Below the pieces are notes generated by a model, which was not told the DNA's origin, ran no database searches, and saw only the letters and a list, made by a program, of their open reading frames with translations. DNA of 64,000 bases from Octopus sinensis (lineage: Eukaryota): contig NC_043006.1 of the NCBI RefSeq assembly GCF_006345805.1, positions 25,606,001 through 25,670,000 of the forward strand, read 5' to 3'. Below, one piece after another: positions 39,519-52,762 of this stretch; the stretch's first letter is position 1, and each line of letters begins with the position of its first letter. Made by a program: the position numbers and the translations under genes.

Positions 39519-40775
39519 CAGGCTGAGTAAAAAGTAAGCAACATTTTGAAACAGGAAATTCATCACAATATATTTCAACAAAGTGGAAATTTTATTCATC
39601 AAAGTAAGTACTATTACAATCAAAACATTTTTGCCAACAAGTTACAAGTTTGTTTATTCCAGTAACATAAAAATCTGGAGTTCTGGAGCTGATGAACACT
39701 TTGAACACACTTTCAGCATTGGCTTGATTTTTTAACTCCTTCTCTCGCAGGAAACCATCAAGATACTTGAAAAAAAGTGGTAGTTGGTAGGAGAAAAGTC
39801 TTGGGAATAAGCTGGGTGGGGAAGAACTTCGTAGCCAAGTTCCTTCAACTTCTGGAGCATCAGTGGTGGAATGTGTGGTTGAGCATTGTCATGAAGAATG
39901 ATTGGTCTTCTTCTATTAACCAATCTGGGATGGAGGAGTAGGAGTTTTTCATTCATTTTGGCAATTTCATGGCAATATGTTTCTGCAGTCATGGTTTTAT
40001 TGGGTTTTAAGAAGTTATAGGGGATGAGTCCAGCAGTACACCACCAAACAGTCACCATAACCTTTTTGAAGAGCTCGGGTTTAGGGAAAGTTTTCAGTGC
40101 TTCATTTTGGTCCAACCACTGTGAAGAATGTTTTTTATTATTGTACAGAATCCACTTTTCATTGCAAATTACAATATGGTTGAGAAATGGATTGGTCTAG
40201 TTACAGAGAAGAAGCGATGAGCAAATTTCATATTTTCTGATTTTCATTCAAATCATGTGGTACCTATTTGTCAAGCTTTTTTGATTTTCTGATTGCATGC
40301 AAATGGTTGCAGACAGTTTTCTGGCTAACTTGAAGTTCTTTTGCCAGTTCTCAAGTGGTTTTACGTGGATCTTTCTCAATGACGGTCTTTAACTGACTGT
40401 CATCGATGACAGATGGGTATCCACTACGTTCACGATCTTCAAAGCTCAGGTCACCGCTGTGAAATTGTTTAAACCATTTTTGAGCTGACCACTCACTGGT
40501 CATTTCCTCACCAAATGTTTTGTTGATATCATAAGCAGTTTTTGAAGTTGAATAGCAAAATTGCTCGAATATCATGCTTTGACAGTTCCACTCCAGATGA
40601 TTGTAATAACAGTGGAAAAAAACATCAATGTTAAATTATGGATGCATTTGGGCAAGTCAATGTCTGTATTATCACACAATTGCATAAAAATGTTTAAAAA
40701 CAATTCAAAACTCTGCAAAAGTCCGGTACAAATTCTTCATGGTTCAAAACATTGCTTACTTTTTACTCAGTCTCA
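39518..40775 (-). mobile_element. Near full-length defective mariner nested in a SINE
   Basis: TIRs caggctgagtaaaaagtaagcaacattttgaa and ttcaaaacattgcttactttttactcagtctc; peptide KKVMVTVWW...ILHDNAQPH...HPAYSQDFSPTNYHFF. SINE halves lie at 39250-39517 and 40776-40925. Confidence 0.9.
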
Positions 40776-41194
40776 TATATATGATGGACTTCTTTTAGTT
40801 TCCATCTACCAAATCCACACATAAGGCTTTAATAGAAGACATTTGCCCAAAGTGCCATGCAGTGGGACTGAACCTGGAACCATGTGGTTGGGAAGCAAGC
40901 TTCTTACCACACAGCCACACCTGCACCTATGTATGTATGTATGTATGTATGTATGTATGTATGTATGTATCTATCTATCTATCTATACATACATACATAC
41001 ACACACACGCATGAAGGGCATTCAGCCATAGAAGCCAAACACCAAATAACTTGAGCAACAATTTATAGAAGCAGTGGCACCAAATAACAATAAAGAATTA
41101 CTCAGATGGTGACATCCAACCAATGCCAGCATGGAAAGCAAGTGCAAAATGCTGCTGACATGCATGCATGCACATGTGTGCATACACACATACA

Positions 41195-42186
41195 CACACA
41201 CAATTTATTAAAATATAATGAATTAATTTTTATTAACAAAGTTCATAAATTTATGGTGTTTAACATGTAATTAATTTTAACACTTTATTAATATCTCATT
41301 TTAGAGCAGAGTATTAACTGGTTTTACCAACTGGACAACTAGAAGTTAACATTCACATACAGACACACAATTTATTAAAATATAATGAATTAATTTTTAT
41401 TAACAAAGTTCATAAATTTATGGTGTTTAACATGTAATTAATTTTAACACTTATTAATATCTCATTTTAGAGCAGAGTATTAACTGGTTTTACCAACTGG
41501 ACAACTAGAAGTTAACATTCACATACAGACACAATTTATTAAAATATAATGAATTAATTTTTATTAACAAAGTTCATAAATTTATGGTGTTTAACATGTA
41601 ATTAATTTTAACACTTTATTAATATCTCATTTTAGAGCAGAGTATTAACTGGTTTTACCAACTGGACAACTAGAAGTTAACATTCACATACAGACACACA
41701 ATTTATTAAAATATAATGAATTAATTTTTATTAACAAAGTTCATAAATTTATGGTGTTTAACATGTAATTAATTTTAACACTTTATTAATATCTCATTTT
41801 AGAGCAGAGTATTAACTGGTTTTACCAACTGGACAACTAGAAGTTAACATTCACATACAGACACACAATTTATAAAATATAATGAATTAATTTTTATTAA
41901 CAAAGTTCATAAATTTATGGTGTTTAACATGTAATTAATTTTAACACTTTATTATATCTCATTTTAGAGCAGAGTATTAACTGGTTTTACCAACTGGACA
42001 ACTAGAAGTTAACATTCACATACAGACACACAATTTATTAAAATATAATGAATTAATTTTTATTAACAAAGTTCATAAATTTATGGTGTTTAACATGTAA
42101 TTAATTTTAACACTTTATTAATATCTCATTTTAGAGCAGAGTATTAACTGGTTTTACCAACTGGACAACTAGGAGTTAGCATTCAC
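41195..42186. repeat. Tandem array of six units of about 164-167 bp
   Basis: The marker acaattta recurs at 41200, 41367, 41531, 41698, 41865 and 42030; units are nearly identical and have no spacers. Confidence 0.95.
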
Positions 42187-42955
42187 TTATGTTTCTTTTC
42201 ATCTCGTTAAGTTCATTACGGAACAGGATAACCACAGATAGGCTCTCTAGCCCTACATACAATACATGAAGATAAGACTTGTTCAAAGTAGTTAAATTAA
42301 CTTATAGATCATATTTATAACTCAGATCTCTTTGTTTTTTTCATAATTAAATTGTTTAATTACAACAATTAATTATAAAAATATCAAAATGGGATTTGAT
42401 CCATTTGAAATAAAGTTGAAAATAAATGTTGTATTGTCTGTTGAGAGTTTATTAAAACATAAAAAAATTGTGTCAACGTTTCATATATCAATAACAAACT
42501 GCTGGATAATTAATATACATGAGACCTTTAAATATAGGACCATGGTCAGGAATTAATTTTAATATTATTATTATTGTTTAGCCCGAGGCAAACCTGATTG
42601 AGCAGGCCCATGAGCAAAGACATTCTACTCATGACCATCCCTTTTTAGGGGTATGTAGGACTACATTATTTAATGGTATGATGTGATTTCAGAGAAATTT
42701 TGTTGAGTGATTGCATACAGTGTGTGTGTGGTGTGTGTGTATTAGTGTGGGTCAATATGTGTAAAATTTTTTAATATTTATATAGGTGTAGGAGTGGCTG
42801 TGTGGTAAATAGCTTGTTTACCAACCACATGGTTCCAGGTTCAGTCTCACTGCGTTGCACCTTGGGCAAGTGTCTTCTACTATAGCCTCGGGTTGACCAC
42901 AGCCTTGTGAGTGGATTTGGTAGACGGAAACTGAAAGAAGCCCGTCATATATATG

Positions 42956-43022
<67 letters not shown>

Positions 43023-43310
43023 ATATGTTTGTGTGTCTGAGTTTGTCCCCCCAACATCGCTTGACAACCGATGCTGGTGTGTTTACGCTCCGTAACTTAG
43101 CGGTTCTGCAAAAGAGACCGATAGAATAAGTACTAGGCTTACAAAGAATAAGTCCTGGGGTCGATTTGCTCGACTAAAAGGCAGTGCTCCAGCATGGCCA
43201 CAGTCAAATTACTGAAACAAGTAAAAGAGAGAGAAAGAGAGTATAGGAGAAAATTGTACACATGAAAATATAAAAAAATTCTCTTGTAAGAAAATATCCC
43301 CAGTTTTTAA

Positions 43311-43624
43311 TCAAATTTCAAGGTTTTCATTTTTGAGGAGGTGTTTGTTATATATAAAACTTTCAGTATTAACGTAAATCCTTCTTCTGTAGAGAATCCA
43401 ACACAAACATCCTAACACAATGCAGATCAGAATCAGAAATGCCACGGTAATGTAAATCCAGTATGGTATTGTAGTTTCAGTAACTATTTTTTCTTTACAA
43501 TGTAACATCATACTTTTGTTTGAATATGGCTTCGTAGTAGGTATTTCCTTTGTCCATGTATTCATGGAAGTTACTGTTGATAACTGCTCTGTTTGTGTAG
43601 TTGAAGGTGTTTCTTCTTGGACTA
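43311..43624 (-). CDS. CUB-domain type-I membrane protein, terminal exon (Thr/Ser stalk, TM helix, short tail)
   Basis: Acceptor tttttcag|. Encodes (V)VQEETPSTTQTEQLSTVTS...PYWIYITVAFLILICIVLGCLCWILYRRRIYVNTESFIYNKHLLKNENLEI*. Phase 1 in. Confidence 0.85.
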
Positions 43625-43799
43625 CTGAAAAATTTGAATGAACAATATAAGAGTTATAAGAGTGTGAAGCAATTGACTTGACAGTATTTTGAAAGTGTTA
43701 AAGCTTGTACAAATTTATAATTAATATATTTTATGAGTAAGTAAATTGGGAAGTTTAATAAAGTTGATGACTTGTAGCAGAGTTTAGAATTGAAACCAT

Positions 43800-44091
43800 G
43801 GATAGAAGCACTCCGTCGGTTACGAAGACGAGGGTTACGGTTGATCCAAATCAATGGAACAGCCTGCTCGTGAAATTAACGTGTAAGTGGCTGAGCACTC
43901 CAGGAAGTAAGAGTGAGAGAAAGTTGTGGTGAAAGAGTACAGCAAAGATCACCACCATCCCCTGCTGGAGCCTCGTGGAGCTTTAGGTGTTTTCGCTCAA
44001 TAAACATTCACAACGCCCGGTCTGGGAATTGAAGCCGCGATCCTATGACTGCGAGTCCGCTGCCCTAACCACTGGGCCATTGCGCCTCCAC
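43800..44091 (-). mobile_element. tRNA-derived SINE family D with 12-bp target-site duplication
   Basis: Head tggaggcgcaatggcccagtggttagggcagcggactcgc...ttcaattcccag on the - strand; aattgaaaccat is duplicated at 43788-43799 and 44092-44103. Confidence 0.85.
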
Positions 44092-44168
44092 AATTGAAAC
44101 CATAGTAGCTCAGTAACAGGATAGGCCACAGAATATCAGGTGATCTCAACCAAATTATTAGCCAGTAG

Positions 44169-45344
44169 TACAAGGGTAGGCTGAAAAGTTCATAGGCTGA
44201 CTATGAAGGAGTGGTGCTACAGCTGTGAAATCTTGCATGTATTATTTTCAACTCTTCTTATTAATAACTGTATTGTGTCTTTCCAGGTAATCTGATATCT
44301 GACTGTTAAAAACAAAGACTTCAAAAGTAACTAGTAGCAACTTCTCTTGAAAATGGACAAAATTTGGCTTCATGATGTTATCAAGTACTTGCAGAAAAAT
44401 TTTTTAGCTCCCAAGGATATTCATGTTGATATGTTTGCTACATTAGGGATGGCATTTTATCAACATTATAAAAATAGGCAATTGAATTTAGGAGGTGGAT
44501 GGAGAGTCTTGAAGATGACACAAGGTCTGGATGTCCTGCAGCCGCCTCCATCAAGGAAAGCATTGATTGTGTTCACCACATGGAATTGGATGGCAGACAA
44601 TTGACTATAAATGAAGTAGCTAATGCTATTAGCATGTCCTGTGAGAAAGTTGAGAAAATTCGGCACTATGAACTTGGCATGATAAAGGTTTCTGCTTGCT
44701 GGGTACCATGTCTTTTGACACATGATTGAAAATATGCACCAGACTGATCACACATCTAGCTAGTCTCCTTGAACATTTCCTAACCCAGGATGAGTGTTGG
44801 GTTCATTACTTTGAGCCAGAGACCAGGAGTGGAAACACCCCTCCTCACCTGCTCTAAAGAAGGCCAAGGTTGTCTGATCTGCAAGGAAAGTGACGGCCTC
44901 AAGTTTTTGGAATGCAAAAGGCATTGTATATATTGACTATCTTCAGAAGAGCCATACCATCAATGGAGAATACTATGCCAACTTTATGAAGCAATTATGA
45001 AAGGCTATCAAGACCAAATGCTGAGGAAAACTGATGGAAGGAGTCTTGTTTCATCAGGACAATACTCCGGTACACAAGCCATTGGTTTCAGTGGCTGCTG
45101 TGCATGACTGTGGCTTTGAACTGCTTGATCACCACCTCTCTTCTGATTTTGCCTCATCTGACTATCATCTACTCTCCAACATGAAAAATAACAAGTTTTC
45201 TCACCAATGGGATCTAAGTACTGCAGGAGTGATGGAAGAAGTATGTGGACTGCAAGGGGGACTATGTTGAAAAATAAATCAAGTTTGGTCTCATTCCATG
45301 AGAGCATCTTAATCAGACTGTGAACTTTTCAGCCAACCAATGTA
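44169..45344 (+). mobile_element. Defective mariner
   Basis: TIRs tacaagggtaggctgaaaagttca and tgaacttttcagccaaccaatgta; peptides LEDDTRSGCP, WVPCLLT and GVLFHQDNTPVH. Confidence 0.85.
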
Positions 45345-46894
45345 TTTTGGCTGCAATCATTTGATTATACAATTTCAAGCAGAAATTTCCATTATTTCCC
45401 ACCAAAACATGGCTATAATTGAAGAAGCACAATCAGTGCATAGTTTTCAAGGGTTCCTGAGAGGACAGTGTTTTGGTTGCTGCTTGATTCTGGGTTAAAA
45501 GGAATCATTTGTCCATTACAAACATATAACTTTCCTGCCTCTTGTCTCACAAATATGTAGCTAGCAAATTCTTAGCCTAACACAACATATATTCTAGATT
45601 ATCTACTGGTTAGGATTAGGGTAATACAGCCTCTGGCAAATAACTGTTGTCTATATTGTAATGTTATATATAAATAAATAGTTTCATCAAAAATCTAAAA
45701 TTGATTTGGTTGTACATGAGAAGCAGCATGCAGCCAAATTCAACCCTACCAATCATTCAACATCCAGTTAATTAAACCTTCCACATGATATTTGAAGAGA
45801 AAACATGGTTAGAAAGTAAATGTAGAAAGGGATGGGGTTTCTAGTTGGAGATGCAACAAAATAGTTTTAAATGTATTCACAGTTGTTGTTATAGACTTGA
45901 CAAATTTAGCAAAGGTTGTAATAGTACTGACTGAAGATTCAAAGCAACAAGACAGCTCTGTACATTAATGGATTTAGAATGTTGGTGAAGGAGGGTGTAG
46001 TTTCCAGAATATATGTGTGCTGCAAGAATGCATATATTGTTATTTATGTAAATTCCTTCCCATAACAGTAACAACAATGACAACACAAAGATTTGATGGT
46101 GTCTCAAGAGGAAAAAAAAATGTTGTTGGAAATGGATTAAACAAATTAGATACTCTGAGTTAGGTATTCTAAGATATCACTTTTACACTAATTTGATTCT
46201 CTGTGTATATAGTGGATGGTTTGTGCATTCAAATCTGAAGCTAGTAATCTATTTGTAATTTTGAGTCAGTTACCTTAGATGTAAAGAATAATATTAAATT
46301 CTTCAAGAAAAGTTTACCTGTGAAAGATTAGAATCATATCCAAGTGGACATTTTTCTCTTATAAATGTTCAACTAAGAGTCAATACTAATTTGATGATAC
46401 ACTTTGTGTATGGCTGCTGTGATGTATATATGCATTTGCATGTGTGAATACAGTTGTGTGTATGTATGTGCGAAAGCAGTGACATGTATTTAGTATTATG
46501 TGTATCTTTATATGCATGATTATGTATTTATAGATACTGTGATAAGTTTTTGTACACAAATTTTTATGTATAAATGGATTCAGTGATATGTATAAATGTA
46601 TATCTGTGTCTTGTGTGAAAACAACTACATCTTGGTTGCAGTAGTATGTGTCCAAATCATGTCCTTTTCATCACAGATTTTTCAAATCCCTCCTTCCTTT
46701 TTGGGACAGTAAGATGATTTTGTCTCATCTGATTATCATCTGCTCTCCAACATGAAAAAACACAAGTTTTCTCACCAATGGAATCTAAGCACTGCAGGAG
46801 TGATGGAAGAAGTATATATATATATAAATACATAGGTAGTTGTGTATATCTGTCAATGTGGATGTGTGCATGCTACTGTGTGTGCGTGCATTGC

Positions 46895-47210
46895 ATGCCC
46901 TAAGTTGACATAACTTCTCTGGCAGATTCTCCAACAGAAGCAGAGGTCCAGAAAGCAATTAAGCTTCTCTCAAAAGGCAAGGTATCAGGCTCTGACTCCA
47001 TCCCAGCTGAAATATACAAGGCAGGGGACCAGTCTTGGCACAGAAGCTCACCAATCTCTTTCAGAACATGTGGCAACAGGAAGTCATTCCGCAGGAGTTC
47101 AAAGGTGTTTCTACCATTCATCTCTACAGAAGAAAGGGAAACAGGCAATCTTGTGATAGTCTCTGAGGAATTTCTCTCCTTGTCATTATTAGCATAATAC
47201 TCACAAGAAT
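46895..47210 (+). mobile_element. RTE/CR1-type LINE RT fragment
   Basis: Peptide PTEAEVQKAIKLLSKGKVSGSDSIPAEIYKAG. Confidence 0.7.
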
Positions 47211-48353
47211 CCTGTGTCCATGTGTATGTGTGTGTTTGAGATGAAGAATATATCTCCTTTGTAGGCGTTAGTAATCATTTCAAATTATCCTAAAAACTGT
47301 TGTATAGTACACTATTAGCTAATTCATGTTGGTAGCACTGCACTCTTATGCTAATGAGCCATTTTGATTTATTTATGTTCAAGTTTGTATATACTATAAA
47401 TGGCTATCAGCATCTATCTGTGGACAAAACATGAGGAAGTGGTTTCTGTTGAAAGTTTAACAAACCATGATGCTAGTTACATTGATACCTTTCTCTACAT
47501 AAGCACAAATAAAGCTATGCTGTAACCACTTTGTTTACTTTTCATATTGTGTGTTTATTAAAAACACACAAGTTGTGTACTATTAATCATAAATATATAA
47601 ATATGTATAATTAAATTATGAATCATATGAAATTTGTGCTTTTCTGCTGTTTTGTATTCTAAATACATATATATTAGTGTATACATGTATGTCTTGAGCA
47701 TGTATATGTGTTTATTGGTGTAGCATGGCTATCATCATCATCATCATCATCATCACCGTTTAATGTCCGTTTTCTGCGCTAGCATGAGTTGGACGGTTTG
47801 ACTGGGGTCTGGGAAACCAGGAGGCTGCACCAGGCTCCAGTCTGATCTGGCAGTGCTTCTACAGCTGGATGCCCTTCCTAATGCCAACCACTCCGCGAGT
47901 GTAGTGGGTGCTTTTTACGTGCCAGGGGAGTCTGGCATCGGTCACGCTTGGATGGTGCTTTTTACGTGCCACCGGCACGGAAGCCAGTTAAAACGGCGCT
48001 GGCATCGGTCACGCTTGGATGGTGCTTTTTACGTGCCACCGGCACAGAAGCCAGTCAGGGCGGCGCTGGCATCGGCCACATTCGGCTTTGCAACTATGTT
48101 GATTCAGATTCAACCCCACTGTGTGACATTTGAATCAAATGCCTTCTACCACAGCCTTGAGTTGACCACAGTATTGAGAATGAAACTTGGTACACAGACT
48201 GTTGTTGCTTTGGAGTATTACATTTCATCTGTTGTCCAGTTTAGTTTAGTATCCCTACCCGACTTTGGGTACCTTTAGTAAAATCTACTTTGCTGCAAAC
48301 ATTCAATCCAGAACATCTTTGTTGCATTTTTCAGGGGTGCCAATTCAACTTAC

Positions 48354-48485
48354 CAGAATTATAGCTAATTATCATATTTCCAAAATCTTTTGAAGTTTTG
48401 TATTTTGGGTTTATGATATACTCTAATGGAAATGTGATCTGAGATGTGTTCATTTTACTATTCGTTAATAGTTGCCATGATTTTC
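48354..48485 (-). CDS. CUB membrane protein exon (C-terminal third of last CUB-like module)
   Basis: Acceptor ttattttcag|, donor |gtaagt. Encodes (G)KSWQLLTNSKMNTSQITFPLEYIINPKYKTSKDFGNMIISYNS. Phase 1 to 1. Confidence 0.8.
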
Positions 48486-50349
48486 CTGAAAATAAATAAA
48501 TATATTTCTTAATCAGAATTGCTCATTTACAATTGAAAAAATAATTTTTACTTTTTAGGTATTAATGTTAAAATAAAGTTGGTTTTAACAAAAAACAAAA
48601 AACAAAAATCATTGAGTGCAAAACGTACATCTAAGATGCGTTGTGTATGAGTCACAGTAAACAAAACCTGATCAGACATTATTCCCAATGAGAATATAAC
48701 TGCAGTACATAGATATTTTAAGAGCAAAGGGTCAAATAGTTTGAGTACTGGAGACAAATTGATGAGTAGTTTTGATCTGTGGACTTGGTTAGCTGAGAGC
48801 CGTAATATTTTGTCTGGTTGCATGCTACTCCCCAAATAAAATCAATCATGATATTTAGATTTTATTAACATTTTTACAGTTCTTATTTTACAAAAGCTGT
48901 TGTGTGAGAATAGCTAGTGTGTGAGAATGTATGTTCCCGATTCTGCAGTCATCTGAGGAGGTTATCAAAGCTGGCTAGCATTCATCATCATCATCATCAT
49001 CATCATCAACATCATTTAGCGTCCGCTTTCCATGCTAGCATGGGTTGGACGGTTCAACTGGGGTCTGGGAAGCCAGAAGGCTGCACCAGGCCCAGTCTGA
49101 TCTGGCAATGCTTCTACAGCTGGATGCCCTTCCTAACACCAACCACTCCGTGAGAGTAGTGGGTGCTTTTTACATGCCAGACGGGGCTGGCAACGGCCAC
49201 AATCGGATGGTGCTTTTTACGTGCCACCGGCACAGAGGCCTGTCGGGACGGCACTGGCAACGGCCACATTCGGATGGTTTGCTTACGTGCCATTGATGTT
49301 GATCGATTTCGATTCTCACTTGCCTCAACAGGTCTTTACAAGTAGAGTTTTGTGTTCCAAGAAGGAAAGGTATGCATAAGTGGACTGGCTACATCTCAGG
49401 TAGAGGCCATGGGTTATGGTCTCACTTGTCCTGCCGGGTCTTCTCACGCACAGCATACTTCCATAGGTCTCAGTCTCTAGTCATTTCCTCGGTGAGACCT
49501 AAAGTTTGAAGGTTGTGCTTCCCCACCTCGTCCCAGGTTTTCCTGGGTCTACCTCGTATGTAGGTCCAGTAACTGTATTTTGAATTTTCAGTAAATCTTA
49601 AAAAGATAAATGCAATCTTACTCATTCAGTGTTACTATAAATTTTATAAAAGGATTTTTTTCAATACACAGATATCAGTTTCTTTCAATTAGCGCCTCAC
49701 CTGTTAGCGTCTCAACATGCAAAATCTTGTCCTTTGATGTGTTTAGTTGAAACCTGGGTATAGTTTGTATAAATTAAAGCAAGCAAACCCAAAACATGAT
49801 GATGATGATGACCATGACATTTTATCAGAAAAAGACACACAAATAGAATAACATGTGATTAGCCCACATGATGTTCCCAGGTTCATGAAAACCAAGTTTC
49901 TTATCCACATCATGGTTTTTGGCAAGATCAGCAGTCATGATTCCTCACATCTTTAATGTGGGCCTGAAGGTGAACCAGGATGTGTACCAGGGGGTTCTGG
50001 AGACTGTAGTGAAGTCCTGGATTGAAGAGGTGGCAAGAGAAAAATCTAATGAGTACTAGCAAGATTCTGCATCTGCACACAGACAACTTTTACAACTTAA
50101 GGAGGCAGAGTGGCTGAAACAGGGGAGTGTGGGAGTCAGAATTCTCGTGGTATTTATTTTCAGTCTTCAAGTTTAGATCTAAACAAAATTCACTTTAGTA
50201 TTCACAGGATTGATAAAAGAAGCATCAGACACATTTTAGTGTTGATCCAACCCAACAAATTTGTTACCTTGACCCAATATAAGAAATCATTATTATCAAG
50301 CTAAAAAATTTTTTCAAAAATCTTAATCCTGACTTCTGAGTTGCCTTAC

Positions 50350-50462
50350 CATTGTAGTATGAGAAAGAGGAATAAGTTGTCTTTGCACTTGTGATTGTTG
50401 TTATAATCTCAATCTGTAAAATATGCATTGGTTTAATTTTGAATGTCCATTTACATGTTTTC
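50350..50462 (-). CDS. CUB membrane protein exon (middle of last CUB-like module)
   Basis: Acceptor tttgtttaacag|, donor |gtaagg. Encodes (V)KTCKWTFKIKPMHILQIEIITTITSAKTTYSSFSYYN, fitting the CUB CxWxI...IxLxF pattern. Phase 2 to 1. Confidence 0.8.
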
Positions 50463-51029
50463 CTGTTAAACAAACAAAAAGAAAAATACTGAGAATTTTA
50501 AGCTATTGTATAAGTTACATTATAATTAATCAATCAATGGTTGATTTTGGTAGTGTTTTTTTTATAATGTTGGGGAAATAGTAGTGAGTAGTATTATTGG
50601 TAACATTATAGTGGTCATAACTAATGACAACTTTGTTAGTGATGATGGTTAATGATTGTCCTTGTTGTTAGCTAATTTAAATTGGTTTCACTTTTCTTTT
50701 TGAATGATTCATAGAATTTCTCATAATTGTATGTTATCTGATTCATGCAGAGGAAATAAAGTCTAAATTAAACATGATGATAAAAACGGTCAGTGAACAG
50801 CAATTGAACAAATGGTTCCTATATATCTTTCCCCAAACACCTTTGCTAATGGTGATACTTTCTTATAATTGAGGACTTGTGTAATTATCATAAACACCAA
50901 CAATTATTAATGCAGATTTACAATTATATTTCTCTAATCAGCTAAGAACATTAAGATGGAATCGAATAAATAATTTTATAACACTTAAGAAGCAGGTGCA
51001 TGGATATTATAATTTAACTTGAAAACTGC

Positions 51030-52600
51030 ATATAAGAGGTGCATTTAAAAGTATCCGATTTCATTTTTTCCCGCTAAAACAAATCCACATGAGCAAAATC
51101 CTTTGGGTGGGAGATGATGCCACCCTTCCTGCACATGCATGAAAACTTTTGGGCTGGTAGGTGGTGTCAGCTCCAGGCTATCATGCCTAGAATACAGATG
51201 TGTAGTGTGTCCTTGTTGGGTTTTTGATTTTACTGAATGCATCAAGTTTTGCTAAAAGCCTGGTGATACTCAAACTCAAACCATCCAGAAGATTCAGCAG
51301 GCTTTGGCAATGATGCCATGGGCAAAACTCAGATCAAGGAGTGGTACAACTACTGCAAACATAGCTGCTCTTCAGTAGAGTGTGAGGTATACTCAGGCAA
51401 GCCATTCACAAGCTGAAATGAGGAGCCAACTGAGAAGGTTTGGTGAATAGTCATGGAAGACCATCATGTAACAAATCAGAAAATTACTCATGAAGTGGGA
51501 ATAAGCACAGGATCAGTGCATTCCATTTTAGCAGAGGATTTGTTGGTGAAGTTCACCCCCAAGGTGCTGGCAGAGCAGCAGAAGCAACTCTGCATGGAAA
51601 TTGCTCAGAACATACTTGACTGGGCAAACCACAACCCAGACTTCATGCAGGCCGTCATCACTGGTGATGAGACATGAGTTTATGGTCTCTGCTCAATGCA
51701 TTTGGTTAACTTACTTGAAAATGAAAATTTGAAGAGCATTCACTACATGTCTGAGAACTGATGCGTAATAGCTGGGAACTATGAAGTGACAGCAGAGAGG
51801 AAAACCCATGACTGACAATCTGATGCCATCAGAACACCAGAATTCATTACTGAAATCCAGGAGATCCTCAACAATGATCTCAGCAAGTCAATGCATGCTA
51901 TTGCAGTGGGAGAAGGTGTAAATAAAAAGCTCATCAAGGTGGTTGCTACTTTTCATACAAGATAAGGAAGGAACAATTTCTGTCCAAGGCAATGCAGGAA
52001 AAGGCACTCAAGTACACCAAGGAGCTGATCAACAAGTTGAAACACCCACTGGAGCCAGACATGCCGTGGTTCTTCTCTGATGAGAAGAATTTCTGTCAAG
52101 ATTAAAAGATCAACTTCCAGAACAACAGGTAACTCGCTGTCTCACCCAAGGATGTTCTCAGAGCCATGCAGACAAAATTTCCAATGACAATGATGGTCTT
52201 TGGTATCGTCAGTAGTGAAGGTAACGTCATGCCACCCTACTCCTTCCCAGAGAACCTCAGGTTGAACATTGATAGCTACATCTGTGTTCTGAGCAAAGTG
52301 GATTGGGTAGTTGCAGGGAGGCCATATATGTGGAGGCAAGACTCTGTGCTGGGTTGTTAGAGAGAATTACTTTGATCACACAGCACCTGACATTTGGCTT
52401 CCCAACTCTCCTGAATGCAACCCTGCCAACTTGTATGTGAGGCGTGTGGTTGAATGAAAGACCAACAAATCCAGCTGAGGGTGTGGATTACCAGAGCCTC
52501 AAGGTCCTAAAACAGGAGATAGTGACCAAGGCTTGTGGCTGGTTCCAAGGCCACCTGGAGGCTGTCATTGAGGCCAAAGGCAAGTTCATCTAGGAATTGA
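51030..52600 (+). mobile_element. Cluster of Tc1/mariner relics (at least two different elements)
   Basis: Peptides AVITGDET (mariner), WFFSDEKNFCQD and QTKFPMTMMVFGIVSSEG (Tc1/IS630-like). A related fragment lies at about 49690-50100. Confidence 0.7.
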
Positions 52601-52668
52601 AGTTTAAATAAAGAAAAGTATTAATTAGTGACTATTGAACAGGTACTAATAAGTAATATATTACATAC

Positions 52669-52762
52669 ACTTCAAGGTCAACTGGTGCAGTCTGTGGAAC
52701 ATTCAGGAATCTTTTTGGTCCACTGATGACATCAACAACAGGGTTGAGGAAGCAGGGAGGAA
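52669..52762 (-). CDS. CUB membrane protein exon (start of last CUB-like module)
   Basis: Acceptor atattttacag|, donor |gtatgt. Encodes (I)PPCFLNPVVDVISGPKRFLNVPQTAPVDLE. 94 nt, phase 1 to 2, the same size and phases as 59901-59994. Confidence 0.8.

Noticed and set aside
41195-42186. Regular repeat array as a possible CRISPR
   Set aside because: The units are contiguous 167-bp copies with no unique spacers, there are no cas genes, and the context is eukaryotic.
43990-44091. tRNA-like sequence
   Set aside because: It is the head of a SINE bounded by a 12-bp TSD. The other tRNA-like A/B-box matches are SINE heads too.
45889-46107. ORF resembling a signal peptide plus CUB-like strand, considered as the missing CUB exon
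   Set aside because: The only phase-compatible donor is very weak (GTCTAT), and the real exon was found at 48354-48485 with canonical signals.
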